A stretch of DNA of 63,374 bases, filler included, from Octopus bimaculoides (Eukaryota), in assembly GCF_001194135.2 (NCBI RefSeq). It is 3 parts of 3 records of this genome, joined end to end, with 100 filler letters (N's around TTAATTAATTAA, not from the genome) between each part and the next. Parts side by side here need not be neighbours in the genome. Positions count along the whole stretch, not along the records: positions 11,285 to 38,398 come from NC_068983.1; 2 more parts are not named here. The stretch is one strand, 5' to 3'. Positions 11,980 to 25,830 of this stretch are shown here, in pieces (the stretch's first letter is position 1; every line of letters starts with the position of its first letter). The notes below the pieces were generated by a model that saw nothing but the letters and a program-made list of their open reading frames with translations, made no database searches and was not told the origin of the DNA. A program made the position numbers and the translations under genes.

Positions 11980-14900
11980 CATATACGTTTAATGTGATTA
12001 GGTGACCTTATGCAATGGTGTGTGAAATACTAATATATATAAAGCATATAACACCCGGATACAGAAACTACGTACATATATATGCATTTCATTAAATTGG
12101 TGATTGTTATAACCCATACACAGATTTAGATGCTTGCACATATATGTTTTCCCACATAAATACATATATGTATTGGATCTCACTTAGGTTCGATGCTTAA
12201 TATTAAGATCGTACATTTCGATGTTGAGATCTTATCACTTTTAACATATAAATGCCTGAGTATTCCTCGGATATGTGTAACATTAACCTTATTTTCATGT
12301 GTATTCTTTAGGTTGGGCTATTTAAAAAAAGTTCAAATATATGTTAAATGTTTCAGCTGAGATTCGAAAAATGTGTGTATACCCTATCTGAATTATTTGA
12401 AAATTAATGTCACTGACATCGCATTAAGATGCCACGGGATTTAACGATCTATAGGCGAACTTCTAACTTATTCAGACATCGTGAATCTAGCACTTCGAGG
12501 ATGTGACAGGTGGTTGAGTGAAATAGTTGCAGCAGCTCACGGGTGCTTCTTACTATCACAATAGACTGAAAAAAACATAAAATTAAATGCCATCTTCAAA
12601 CATACAATTTGCCACCCGGTTTACGAAACGAATGCTCGAACTTGTGATCATGAATCGATCATTCTATTGATTAGAGAATGCGCCTTCAGGGCCACACACA
12701 TATACACAGACATATTCATCCACACACTTTCACGAGTGCACACATAAACACAGAGAGAAAAAGTGACGCAGTTTGACATGGACATACATATATAAAGTAA
12801 AAATGTGTAAGGGAGATTTCCAAAAATACTAAAACAACGTCACTACGTGTCTGCTGNNNNNNNNNNCACATATGAAATTTCCAGAGCGTGTAAAAATATT
12901 CAGAAGTTCCTGTAGGCGAACTGGAAAACATTAGTCTTTCTCGATTGAACAGCTAGTCCCCTAAAGGGAAAGGACACAACTCTAATTCACCTCTTCTTCA
13001 TTTTTTCTTTTCATTTTCCGGCGTTTTCAATCTTCCACCTTTTACATCTTCTTACTGCTCCCCTTTTTTTCTAATTTGCACTTCTCTTATAGTCCTATTT
13101 ACGTGGGGAAAACGTCCGAGGATTGCATGAAGGCACCGGGCGTGATGCAAAATGCTGTGTGAGATGTTTTCATCACATGAAACTATTAGCAGCTGAAAAG
13201 ATTATATACTGTGTTTGTTAAATAATATAGATAGATGTGTGTCTCTATGTGTGCGTATGTGTGTGGGTATGTGTGTGTGTACTCGCTTGTGTGCATGCGA
13301 GTGTACGCGCATATGGGTGGACGAGAGGAGTACGCCTATGTGCAATCAAATGCGAGTGCTTATATTTGTATAATTAAATGTATTTTTGAGTATCCGTTGA
13401 AATGTATGACTATATATGTGAGCGTCCTGCATATAATAGCATATGTATGTATGTATGTATGTATGTATATGTGTAAGTATGTATGTACGTATGTGCACCT
13501 CTATGTTGATACATACATACAAACACACACACATAATCTTAATTGTTGAATGCCTGCCTAAAGCTACTAATATTACATATATGTGTATGTATGTATGCAT
13601 GTATGTATGTATACGCATGATTAATAGGTTTCAATAGAAAATGCTTTTCAGACAACACGTAGCTGTGTTGCAAGATGCTTGCCTCTCAACTGGGATCAAT
13701 TCAATTGACTAAAATTTCTTTAAGGCGGTGCGCCATCGTAGTAACAATCTAATAACTGATACATTTAAAGCATTATAGACATTATTTTATCTATCAATGT
13801 ATGTATCTATATGTCTATTTATATGTCTATCAATGTTTCATATAAAATTAATCACCATTACGCATGTTTCGTTTCCTTATAGGAACTACAAAATTTTACA
13901 TGTTACATAGATATATAAGGAATTTTCTACTAAAAATTCTTCAGACAGAAAAATCAAATAATACACGTTACATCTGGTTCAAGCGTTTATATTTAGTTAA
14001 TAAGTCGGAAGAGTAGAGATAGTTTTGAGATATACACAAACACATGTACACATATACAGGGCTGTACAAACCTACTTGCTTCTCTGTTTCTTCATCTTCT
14101 CTTACCAATTGTTTCTTAAGCTTATCCGTGTACTTTAATTGTTCTCAAACATGTGTATGTCAATCCAGGTGTTTATATATTTGTATGTGACGGACAAAAC
14201 CTTTCAGTTATAAGAAAGTGTGTGCAGTTAGCTTCTGCCATCTTTCATCGTCTTCATCTACCTCAACTTTTCACCTCGCTTCACTTCTTACGCTGACTCC
14301 AATACCGATGACTCTCACGTCATCTCTCGTTTTTGCTTACATACCTTTCTACCCGTCACATAAGTTTTTGCGCGTATTGATGGTCTTTATATTGTGGTAG
14401 CAGGTATAAGATAATTTGACTGAGCGCCTATTGATTGTTATTGTTTACTGGTGATATACGGGTAAATATTTGTCTAACAGAGAGATAAGAATCATTTACA
14501 CTTGTTGCTTTTAACATTAAAGGGAAAGGTGGGGCCAGCCAAATTATTTTCGTAGGTCTATTTTAGGTCTACTTTTGTTATTTCAATTATTACTGGAAAA
14601 GTCGTAAATTAATTCATCATGGAAGCCACAATTGGCTAGGGCAATTAATCCCTAAAATTACGCTCTACATTTTGATAAAAAGGTTTTCGATACGAGTAGC
14701 TATGCTACCGTGTCTTTTACGACATGGACAAAAAGAACAGCAGCAAAAGCAGCAATAACAACAACAACAGCAAGGACACCACTAACACCAACACCGACAT
14801 AAACGACCGTTCGATACAGGTAGACGCTGTGAAATACATGGAGTTTGAGCAAGATTGTGAGACATAAAGCGATGTAGTCAAAACTATCACGGTATCGCTT

Positions 14901-15681
14901 GTATGAGATACGAAGTAATATATTTTGTCACTCGTATACAATTATTAACAAAAGATTTATGGAGAAATAAAATTGTTCTGTTCATGTTCTCTTTTTAGGA
15001 ATGTTAAACGGTAGGGTTTAAAAATTCCATCAGTATTGTATTTTTTATATATTTATGGGATGAGGGATGCAATTTCCTGCGCTGCAGGAAGGCTGTTCAG
15101 AATAGCTATTAATAATGAGTCATGGGCGATGCAAGACTCATGATAATGATAGTCTGTGTAGTAAAAATGGAGGGCCAGGTGACTGCAGAAAAATAATGAG
15201 AACGACGATTAAGAATATGATAAAAAGAAATAGAAACATTCGGTGGAGATTGTAAGAGGAAGATATAGAGAAATAAATTGAGACTAATATATCAGACATT
15301 ATTAATTACATTTTAAAACTGTGTAATTTTTTCTGAAATGTATAGGCTGGAAGATAGGAAAATAGAGAGACAAAGGAATTAGAATTGCAAGAGAGATAGC
15401 GACTTTTGGAATGTATATATTTAGGCATACACATATACGCATACACATGACTATGCCTGGCCCTGATCTGTGTTTAGCAATAGTATGATATATAAGGTTA
15501 AATGGAGAGAAAAAATAGACGTAATAAGTGAGGAGGGGGAAAGAAAATTCAATATATAGATGAATTGACGAGCCTATAAATATACACCGTTTCCTTGATG
15601 CATAAATAGTGAGGAAATTGGGAAATTTATTAAAATCAAGTGCTATTTATTAATCTGACCACGTCTTCCATCATAATTTTG

Positions 15682-15685
<4 letters not shown>

Positions 15686-15755
<70 letters not shown>

Positions 15756-15780
15756 GTAGTAGTAGTAGTAGTAGTAGTAT
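15686..15780. repeat. (ATT)n/(AGT)n microsatellite
   Basis: Directly visible. Confidence 0.97.
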
Positions 15781-16039
15781 TCTCAACTCTTTATAAAATA
15801 TCATACACATATATATGTGAGTGTCGGCTCATACAAATGTACAGTCAGACATACGTATACATATAAAAACATAGTGCATACATATGCGCATAAATACATA
15901 TGTATAGATACACTCACATATATATGTGAATATATAAATTTGCTCATATATACGTATGTATATAAATATACGTTAAAATACATGCCTATATGTATATGAG
16001 TGTGTGCGCATATATATATACATACGTGTNNNNNNNNNN

Positions 16040-16071
<32 letters not shown>

Positions 16072-18137
16072 ACAAACACACATATATAAGTATATATGTG
16101 TATAAGTATATGCTTATATATACAGGTATATAAATGTATACATATGTGCATGAATGTGTGTGTATAATCTTGCATTGTTGAGTGTGTATTAATGTGTCGG
16201 CTTTCCTTCCTTACTGTTTTGGCGTTTAAATTTAATTTAGGTTTTCTTAAATTTCATTAATTTTGCCAGCCACTAAAGAAAGGAAGTGCTGCAGTGAATC
16301 AATCTGTAATACAGAAGGGGTCTCGTAAATACATTTCATTGTCTTCGTAATTAAATTCTGGTGGAAGGCATCAGATTTTGATAGGTTCAGACGAAGCTTT
16401 AACAAACCAATTTACAGCAGGTGATTGATAAGTTATTCAGGGAATAATTAGTTAAGTTTATAGTAGAGAAGTTTCGTGTCAGGCAGAGAGAAAAAAAATG
16501 GTACACTGCGTTGGAGAACGAAAAGGGTGGGGATATCGATAACACGAAAAGAAATGTAGCATGAACCTATAATTTTCAGGAAATTAGAAAAAGCAGACAA
16601 CCAATTTGCAAAGATAATTATAGTTTCTGATATTTTCTCGATGGAATTACCAATTTTCTTTAACCGGTTCTCACAATTCATCCCTCTTGTTTCATAGCAT
16701 TACATCATATATGGGCGGACTAGAAACATGAACGTGTCTTAGATTCGTAAAATTTACTGACATACAAGGATAATTTCCCTTTATTTTCAATTACGTTTGT
16801 GTTTTTCTTTTCGTGTTAGCTTTTGTTTTTATTTCTTCTTTCATTTTCTGTTCGAATTTTTCTTTTTGTATCTTCGATTTTCACTTGTTGTGCTATAGTT
16901 TTATATATACGTATATATATATGTNNNNNNNNNNNNNNNNNNNNNNNNNNNNNNNNNNNNNNNNNNNNNNNNNNNNNNNNNNNNNNNNNNNNNNNNNNNN
17001 NNNNNNNNNNNNNNNNNNNNNNNNNNNNNNNNNNNNNNNNNNNNNNNNNNNNNNNNNNNNNNNNNNNNNNNNNNNNNNNNNNNNNNNNNNNNNNNNNNNN
17101 NNNNNNNNNNNNNNNNNNNNNNNNNNNNNNNNNNNNNNNNNNNNNNNNNNNNNNNNNNNNNNNNNNNNNNNNNNNNNNNNNNNNNNNNNNNNNNNNNNNN
17201 NNNNNNNNNNNNNNNNNNNNNNNNNNNNNNNNNNNNNNNNNNNNNNNNNNNNNNNNNNNNNNNNNNNNNNNNNNNNNNNNNNNNNNNNNNNNNNNNNNNN
17301 NNNNTATATATATATATATATGCATACACGCATACACCCATATACATAAATAAATATGTGGATTATCCATACGAATAAATAACTATGAATGTATACATAT
17401 ATGCATGTTTCTCTCTCTCCTTCTCTCGCTCTCCCACTTTCTCTCTCCCTCTCACCTTTAATATACATATGCGTATGTTTGTGCGAATATCTCTATGTGT
17501 GTATTTGATTTACTTTTTATAAATCTTTTTACGTTTCGTCTTCGACTTTCCATGACGTATTGTAGCAATGAAACAATTTCTAATTAGTATGGAAGAGTGA
17601 GGTGAGGAATTTCCAGCACATAAATTGTAATTTTGTCTCTCTATGAAGATATTTAAAGATAATCCGTTATATATCAGTTTTCATTGTAGTTTGGATTGTT
17701 TTTTTTTTTTGGCTTGTTAGCAGATATAAATTTGTAAAAATTATTCATATATGCATATATTTTAACCATATATAAATGTGGGTGTCGGTGTGTGTGTATG
17801 TGTGTGTGTGTGTGTGTGTGAAGTGGTAATTATATATATATATGAGTGTCTCATTCCTTCACTTTCCTTCTATACATACATATGTATGTACATATATATG
17901 TAGATAGATAGATTGATAGATAAGAATATACATACATACGTACATGTATCACTGCATGCATACATAATACGTTCATACAAACAAACATACATACATTCAT
18001 ACATGTAAAAAACAAAGAAATGTTTTCTTTTCTTTAGAATTTTCTTCACAATTTTTTCATTCCCGATGGAACAGGCATTTATTGCTTTTCATGGTGTTTT
18101 ATATCAAATAGATAACAGCAACGAATAAGTAAGACTG

Positions 18138-18745
18138 CATCTTTGGTGTTACAAGGAGTTTTATTGGTCTCTCATTCAACTACGCCCCACACATAATAAT
18201 CAAGACGGCTGCAGTCTGAGTAGTTAGGTGGCCAGATGTCAGGGGTCATGTGTTCGCAGTATTTGTCTGACAGTGATGACTGGGTTCTCTTGCTTGTGTG
18301 ACATGGCACACAGTCCTTTTGTCAGACATAGGATCTTCCAGCGTTCACCATATTGACTCGGGACAGCACTACCCACTCCAGGCACTTGATGTAGGCCACC
18401 GTGTTGACTGCAACCTTCTTGATTATTATGCGTTGGGCGTAGTTGAGGGAGAGGCCAAACTCCTTGTAACACCAACGATGAATGGAGGCATAATGTTGTC
18501 ATCACTAGTGATCACTCCAAACACTATGATATTGACTGTATGTTTCATTTTTATCACTCTCGGTACATGTTTTCGGGTACACGGCAAGCCAACGGTTGTT
18601 CTGTGTGTTCACCATCTGATCCTGGCAGAATCTTTTCTGGTCTGAGTAAAACCAAAATATGTTCGGTTGGAGGAATGCTTGAGTTTGTTCAAAAGCTTCG
18701 TAGCGCAGTCCTTCCTCTTGTTGTTAATGGCTTGGGATAAAAATT
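18138..18745 (-). mobile_element. Tc1/mariner-superfamily transposase remnant, maT/DD37D-like
   Basis: Minus translation: WFYSDQKRFCQDQMVNTQNNRWLA..NIIVFGVITSD..IMPPFI..AYIKCLE..PCHTSKRTQ..IWPPNYSDCSRLDYYVWGVVE..TNKTPCNTKD. The WPPxSPDxNPLDYxxWG motif is recognisable. Confidence 0.82.
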
Positions 18746-18749
18746 GTTC

Positions 18750-19188
18750 CTTTCTCATTTTGTATGAGGAATACCGAATGTCTTCTTACACTACCCGCCT
18801 GTTGACGAAAAGAGATCTTGTTTCATCAGGACAATACCCCCAGCGCAATAGGTCCTACGTTTCAATCGCTGCTGTGCGTGTCTATGGTATTCAAGTGGTT
18901 AATAAGCCTTTGTATTCTCCTGTGTTGACCAGATCTAACTCTCACTTATTCCCCAACATGGAAATAGACTTTGCAGAGGACCAGTAACTCAGTGCAAATG
19001 GCGTCATATTGATGACTTTTCTGACCAACAGAATGTAAACATCTTAACCAACTAGATTCAAGTGTTGCAACACCACTGGAAGAAGTATGTGAACCGTAAA
19101 GAGGACTATGCTTTAAAATAAATCACATTTGATCACATTTCATGAGAGCAGCTTGGTTAGCCAATGAACGGCTCAGCCGACCTTCGTG
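18750..19188 (+). mobile_element. Mariner transposase C-terminal remnant with 3' TIR
   Basis: KEILFHQDNTP, PLYSPVLTRSNSHLFPNM (cf. PYSPDLAPSD.HLFP), HHWKKYVNRKEDY (cf. RW.KCV...GDY); ends ..TGAACGGCTCAGCCGACCTTCGT, resembling a mariner TIR. Confidence 0.8.
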
Positions 19189-19593
19189 TTCGCTGTTATT
19201 ACACGACATTGTAAATGAGATCATCTATTATCATGATAACCAACGCCTTGTTAATAGAATTTGAATCTAAACATGCTTAATGCACAAATGAGAGAGGGAA
19301 AAAGAGAAGAGGTGGAGAAAGCTAGGGAGGGAGAGATCTAGGAAGGGACGGAGGCAGAGGAATAGAAGTATGTATGCTTTGCATGCAAGTCTCAATAATG
19401 TTCACAGCGTGCAACTCCTAAAATCACTTGTAAAGCTCGTATCCACACAAGCCGTTGCATATAATGCAAAATAGTCTACAACACATTATTTAGATACATT
19501 TATCAAACAAAAGGATTGTTCTTATGATGATCTAATGTATTCATTCGCGCAGCTGTTTAAATAATTCATATGTCACTAATATGAAACATTTAT

Positions 19594-19822
19594 TTAACCA
19601 TTTAGCACTTTAGCTAAACATATCCAGTCAGAATATTCTACTTGTTTCATATTCAAATCAGCCTGATCATGTTTTCATACTTAGTCTACAATGTCATTCT
19701 AAAAAGTAACAATAACATCACAGAATATCTTGAAGCTACAAAGTAATGCATTATCAATTCAAAACAATCTGAGAAAACAAAGTATTGTATTGGACAGAGT
19801 AATCTGAATACACAAGGATTAA
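19594..19822. mobile_element. piggyBac-like MITE, degenerate
   Basis: Bounded by TTAA at both ends (TTAACCATTTAGCA .. TACACAAGGATTAA), with weak terminal inverted similarity and no coding capacity. Confidence 0.5.
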
Positions 19823-20999
19823 GACATATATCGCGAGGAAAACATTCTGAAATAAATATGAAAAATGGTGTTAAAAATCGCTAGATTGAAATGCGAAACT
19901 ATTAAGAAAAGAAAACCTGAAAGGAAAATGCGAGATGACAAGAAAAAAATAAGAAATTCAAACATGGGATTTTATGTCCCTGCTGGAAGTCAGAATATAT
20001 CTTGATTCATTTGTATCATGTTACATAGTAATATAGCTGTGTCCATAAAATCATGAAGGCTTTCATTCCTCTACTCGTAAACACAAAGGCAAGTTGTTTA
20101 TACATAAAAGACGTATGTTTATAGGTGTACATTAGTGCCTATGTGTGTATGTATGTCCCTATTTATACATATGTACACAAATACACATACATACATACAT
20201 ATATATATATATATGTGTGTGTGTGTATGTGTGTGTGTGTGTATGTGTGTGTGTGTGTCTTTATATATATATATGCATGTATATATTAATAATAATAATA
20301 AAATTATAACAAAAGAATGAGAACTCGGTATAAGGTAAATAGAGGAATTTGTATATTTATAGTATACGACAATCAGTAAGTTGTTGTAATAGGACTCAAA
20401 ATTTCAAATGCCTGAGCTAAGAGCTACGATAGATATGGATAACTGGTTTTTAACCGTCGTATCTCGCTCGCGTAAAACCATGTCTATGATTACATTACCG
20501 AAGGCGCCCTTCCCACCTTTCCTTGTTTAAAATCTTATGCTTTGAATGGAGGAGAAAAAATTGTCGTGGCTACCTCATATATCGAGATATAATCACCAGA
20601 TTACCTAATTGCAAGACCTTGTGTCATTGACCTGTACATAACAAGCATCGTTAGGAGCATCCTATCGTGAGGATTATCATTTTTGACTCCTCTAAAACAC
20701 CTAGTTGCTAGTATCAGTTCAGCGTAGGATAAACTGAATTAAATTTATTTTTTATAATAGCTCAAGAAACATATGCATTGATGGCTTTTATGTTGTAAAT
20801 AAACAAACCCAAGATTCTTTTTCTTCCCCTGCAGACTAATGGAGATGGTCGATTCATGTCATAAAATAAATATTTGTCAGCGTCCGATTGTTTGTAGTTA
20901 TCTACCAATAAGAAGTTAAACAAATACGAGAACTTTTCTTTCTTTACGATCTATTAGGAATTTCCATCAGATCCTAACAGAGGATCGAAACAAAAGCTA

Positions 21000-21170
21000 C
21001 AACCAACTAAATAGTATTCGTTTCAAATTTTGACGCAAAGCCCGCAAGTTCGGCAGAGGAGGTAAGTCGATTAAATCGACGCCTTTAATCTAATGGTACT
21101 TATTTTATCGATCCTGAAAGGAGGAAAAGAATGTAAGTCTACCTCGGCTGAATTCGACCTCAAAACGTAA
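21000..21170 (-). mobile_element. SINE family B, 3' part running into a gap
   Basis: GTTTCAAATTTTGACGCAAAG..GTCGATTAAATCGAC..GGTACTTATTTTATCGATCCTGAAAGGAGG. Confidence 0.8.
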
Positions 21171-21606
21171 NNNNNNNNNNNNNNNNNNNNNNNNNNNNNN
21201 NNNNNNNNNNNNNNNNNNNNNNNNNNNNNNNNNNNNNNNNNNNNNNNNNNNNNNNNNNNNNNNNNNNNNNNNNNNNNNNNNNNNNNNNNNNNNNNNNNNN
21301 NNNNNNNNNNNNNNNNNNNNNNNNNNNNNNNNNNNNNNNNNNNNNNNNNNNNNNNNNNNNNNNNNNNNNNNNNNNNNNNNNNNNNNNNNNNNNNNNNNNN
21401 NNNNNNNNNNNNNNNNNNNNNNNNNNNNNNNNNNNNNNNNNNNNNNNNNNNNNNNNNNNNNNNNNNNNNNNNNNNNNNNNNNNNNNNNNNNNNNNNNNNN
21501 NNNNNNNNNNNNNNNNNNNNNNNNNNNNNNNNNNNNNNNNNNNNNNNNNNNNNNNNNNNNNNNNNNNNNTATATATATATATATATATATATATATGCGT
21601 GTGTGA

Positions 21607-21850
21607 GGGTGCATGGCCTAATAGTTAGGTCCTTTCATTCAAGATCGCGAGATCGTGGTTTCAATTCCTAAACTGGATGGTGCGTCGTGTTTTTAAGCAA
21701 AATACTTAATCGCGCGTTCCTCTGCGATCACTTCCACATCTGATGCATAATACAGCGTGCATCTGTTTAGGCAACATCGATTTGATGGAGGGATCGAGCT
21801 AATGTACGGAACATATATTTGATCACTATAGACAAATCATCTGTTGCAGG
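21607..21850 (+). mobile_element. tRNA-derived SINE, C-like head with a different body
   Basis: GGTGCATGGCCTAATAGTTAGG..GATCGTGGTTTCAATTCC head (A/B-box-like). Confidence 0.6.
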
Positions 21851-21949
21851 TCGTTCTGTAAAAACTGAACTCCCATATGTCGCTTCCGACGGGAGAGTCC
21901 ATCATGTATGTATGTGTGTGTATGTTTGTGTATAATATTATGTGAGTGG

Positions 21950-22272
21950 AGGCGCAATGGCCCAGTGATTAGGGCGTTGTGTTTACTGAGCGAAAACACC
22001 AAAAAGCTCCACGAGGCTCCGGCAAGGGATGGTGGCCAGCCCTGCTGTACTCTTTCATCACAACTTTCTCTCACTCTTACTTCCTGTTTCTGTTGTGCCT
22101 GTAATTCAAAGGGTCGGCCTTGTCACACTGTGTCACGCTGAATATCCCCGAGAACGACGTAAAGGATACACGTGTCTGTGGAGTGCTCAGCTACTTGCAC
22201 GTTAATTTCACGAGCAGGCTGTTCCGTTGATCGGAACTGGAACCCTCAACGTCGTAAGCGACGGAGTGCCAA
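21950..22272 (+). mobile_element. SINE family C-related copy
   Basis: GGCGCAATGGCCCAGTGATTAGGG head; 3' half ACGCTGAATATCCCCGAGAAC..ACGTTAATTTCACGAGCAGGCTGTTCCGTTGATCGG matches 5460-5570. Confidence 0.8.
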
Positions 22273-22910
22273 AAACAACAATATTATGTGGGTAATAAAC
22301 ATAAAGCATGCTTTCCAGATTCATCTTCGGTTATCGGCTTCCAGAACTATCATAGAGTGGAATTTCTCCTGTTACTGGGTGCACATATGGAAATCTACGA
22401 GTGTCCGTAGAGCCTTCACAAAAGGATTTTAATACCAGAAAGAATAATCACCAAGTTTTTCGACAAAAAAGTGTCAGCATTAATATTTTCAAACAATAGT
22501 TAAAGACACAAACGTCTTCAGGTGAGTAAGGGCCTAAGCACTTTGGTGTTTGGAAAGTATATTTAGGAGTGCCCTTGCGGAATATTGTCTTTCTAATATG
22601 CTCTATACATCACAAATTTGCAAATTAGAATTAAGCTATATTTTTCCTAAATCTTAGCCTTAATTTCTGTGTATATATGTGTTCGTACGTTTACATAAAT
22701 GCATGCACACACATACACACATACGTGTGTGTTTGTAGGGTAGTGTGTGTATGTGTAGCCTGTGTGTGTGTGTGTGTGTGCTTGCGTGCGCGGGCGCGTC
22801 CTCGTATGTATATGTCTGTACATTTATGTTTTTCTGAATGTGTTTGTATCTATCTACCGATCCATCCATGTATTTCTCTCTCTTCCTCTTCCTCTCTCAC
22901 TCCCTCTCTA

Positions 22911-22980
<70 letters not shown>

Positions 22981-24944
22981 NNNNNNNNNNNNNNNNNNNN
23001 NNNNNNNNNNNNNNNNNNNNNNNNNNNNNNNNNNNNNNNNNNNNNNNNNNNNNNNNNNNNNNNNNNNNNNNNNNNNNNNNNNNNNNNNNNNNNNNNNNNN
23101 NNNNNNNNNNNNNNNNNNNNNNNNNNNNNNNNNNNNNNNNNNNNNNNNNNNNNNNNNNNNNNNNNNNNNNNNNNNNNNNNNNNNNNNNNNNNNNNNNNNN
23201 NNNNNNNNNNNNNNNNNNNNNNNNNNNNNNNNNNNNNNNNNNNNNNNNNNNNNNNNNNNNNNNNNNNNNNNNNNNNNNNNNNNNNNNNNNNNNNNNNNNN
23301 NNNNNNNNNNNNNNNNNNNNNNNNNNNNNNNNNNNNNNNNNNNNNNNNNNNNNNNNNNNNNNNNNNNNNNNNNNNNNNNNNNNNNNNNNNNNNNNNNNNN
23401 NNNNNNNNNNNNNNNNNNNNNNNNNNNNNNNNNNNNNNNNNNNNNNNNNNNNNNNNNNNNNNNNNNNNNNNNNNNNNNNNNNNNNNNNNNNNNNNNNNNN
23501 NNNNNNNNNNNNNNNNNNNNNNNNNNNNNNNNNNNNNNNNNTATATAAATAGAGACACAGACAGATAGATACATATATATGCATATGATTGTGTGTGAGT
23601 ATGTGTATATAAATTCAGTGTGGGGACAAGCTGTTCCATACGCCATTAAAACTTTTCTAAATGTTACTTTAACATAATTATAATCAAGAAGAAATAAACA
23701 ACACTAGACGATTAACATGCATTATTTGTTTATTGTTCTTTTTTCTCAATTATGTTTTCGCTTATGTAACATCTGTGTATCAATGTTGAATATTATTCAT
23801 TGTCTTGTTTTTCTTCAGAATTATGCTTATATTAATGCAATATTGTTACGAATATTTTGATGCCATATTTAACTGCTTATCATTCTTTCGACCTGTGCGT
23901 TTTCTATAGTCAGTCAACTCTTGACGCGCTGGAATATTTTCCTATGAATGGACGATGAATGAACTTTGCGAAGTAGACCTCTTTCGAGCTCGTATGTATC
24001 GTAGCTACCCGGCGCAAATCATCAACGGTACAAGTATCAATATTCAGATGACTTCATGTCCTGCATGTTGACTAACATTTTCTCAAGCGCAGCGTTAATC
24101 TTTATGGTCCCCACCTACAATACATCAAGCTGTTCCATAAGTTCCTAAAACAAACATGAAAAAGACAAAAGAAATAGTTAAATTTAGCCGGAACACAGTA
24201 TAAAGCAAGAAATGAAGTGACTAGAAACATAACTCCATATTAATGGTAAATATTACATCGTGAGAGTTTCGATTAGTATCTATACATTACATATATGCGA
24301 AAGTATTGTGAATGTGAGGGAAAATATATAGATGCACGTAATCAAAATGAAACGACACATATTCGGTGCTGAAAAAAACCTGGCTTTAAGGCTATCGCGA
24401 GAGGCCTGGTTGGAGACCTTAACCTTCCGTGTTCAATTACTGTGCTTAGAAAATCTGAAAGTCTGCTGCAATTAGTGTGTGAAACTGAGAGGAGAATATG
24501 TTGCATAAAATTATAATTAACTGATCCTTCTGCATTTTCTTTTACCTAGAGCCAGTAACATTTCAGCATTCCCTCGTTTTTATATGTTGGGTTGAAAATT
24601 TGGATTCATTAAGTTCTGGCTTCTAAATTTAATTTCGTCTCTACGTAGTACATTTATTTTTTCATGTAGTCATTTCATGTATGCATTCTGTACTGGTTTC
24701 TCCTTATACTCTTTCATCTTCTGAATTACTTTTCCACCAACCTTCTCCCTTTTTTCTCCTAATACCACTCGTAACTTACATACGTAAACATATTTAACGT
24801 AAGCTTTTTCAAATGTATATCCACCAACATCTCATTTATATGTGACTCTGGAGATGTCCAAATCTTCCATTATGCTTTCACCCTGTATTTTCGAAACTAC
24901 GCATAATGATTACTATTTTAAATATTTCCTCTTTAAAAAATCAT

Positions 24945-25135
24945 CCTCACCTCCTTCACTACCAGAGCTTCGTCGTTCCTGAAGGAGGAACCCCACTTAG
25001 ATTCCCTTCTATCGCTGCATATCTCTGGACATTTGTGACCAGTAGGCCCCAGGTAGCAGTTGATATCATCTCGCCATCTTATGGTTGGTCGACCTCTTAA
25101 TCTTGTTCACTGTATTAGTGTCCATTCAGTCTTGC
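24945..25135 (-). mobile_element. RTE-clade LINE 3' end
   Basis: In frame on the minus strand: KTEWTLIQ*TRLRGRPTIRWRDDINCYLG (RTE C-terminal TEW.P...RGRP..RW.DDI motif). Confidence 0.75.
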
Positions 25136-25140
25136 CTTAA

Positions 25141-25830
25141 AAGAAAGATGACAGAACGAATGCAATATACCGCTTTGTCTTGCCTTTGTTAACTATGAGA
25201 AGTCCTTTAACTCCATAGAATTCATGCCGCTCCTTACAACACTGAAGAACCAAGAAGTGCATCCTGCCTACACTGAAATATCAAAAGCTCTTTAAAGTGG
25301 TGCATTATTCATCATCAGGTTAAATCGAGATAGTAATAAGATGAAGCTGGTAAGGTGAGCAACGAAAGGCGACAGCCTCTCACCGAAGTTGCTTACATCG
25401 TGCCTGCAAGATGCTGTCATCAATAAAATCCAATGAGACAAGAAAGGCATCATTATTGATGGAGAACAACAGCCACCTGGACTTCACCGATGATATCTCG
25501 AAAACGCATGCACCTAAGGAAGTGCAGGAACAGGACCACATGTACCCACAACTACTAGTCAACCTGTCAGCTTCAACATAACCTGCGGAAAGACCAAAGT
25601 CATTTTCAACAGGTACGCTAGGCCACCGCCCACCACCGTAAACGGAAAATGATAGAAGAGGTAGACAGCTATAGTTACCTTAGTTAGATGGTGACGAATG
25701 ACAGATATTTCCTCTGGAGACCAAGAGAAGAGTAGTGTTTCGTTGGGTGGTCTTTGGGAATGTGAAATAACCTTATGGGGAAAAATCATCAATCAATGAA
25801 AATCTGCAATTGAGAAATGTTAAGCCTTTT
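25141..25830 (+). mobile_element. RTE-clade LINE RT-domain segment, inverted relative to its 3' end
   Basis: Plus strand: NIPLCLAFVNYEKSFNSIE, KGDSLSPKLLTSCLQD, KKGIIIDGE..HLDFTDDI, KTKVI, IEEVDSYSYL; degenerate RTE RT. Confidence 0.8.

Noticed and set aside
14724-14867. Short ORF MDKKNSSKSSNNNNNSKDTTNTN..
   Set aside because: 47 aa built largely from a decayed (AAC/AGC)n tract, with no splice or homology support.
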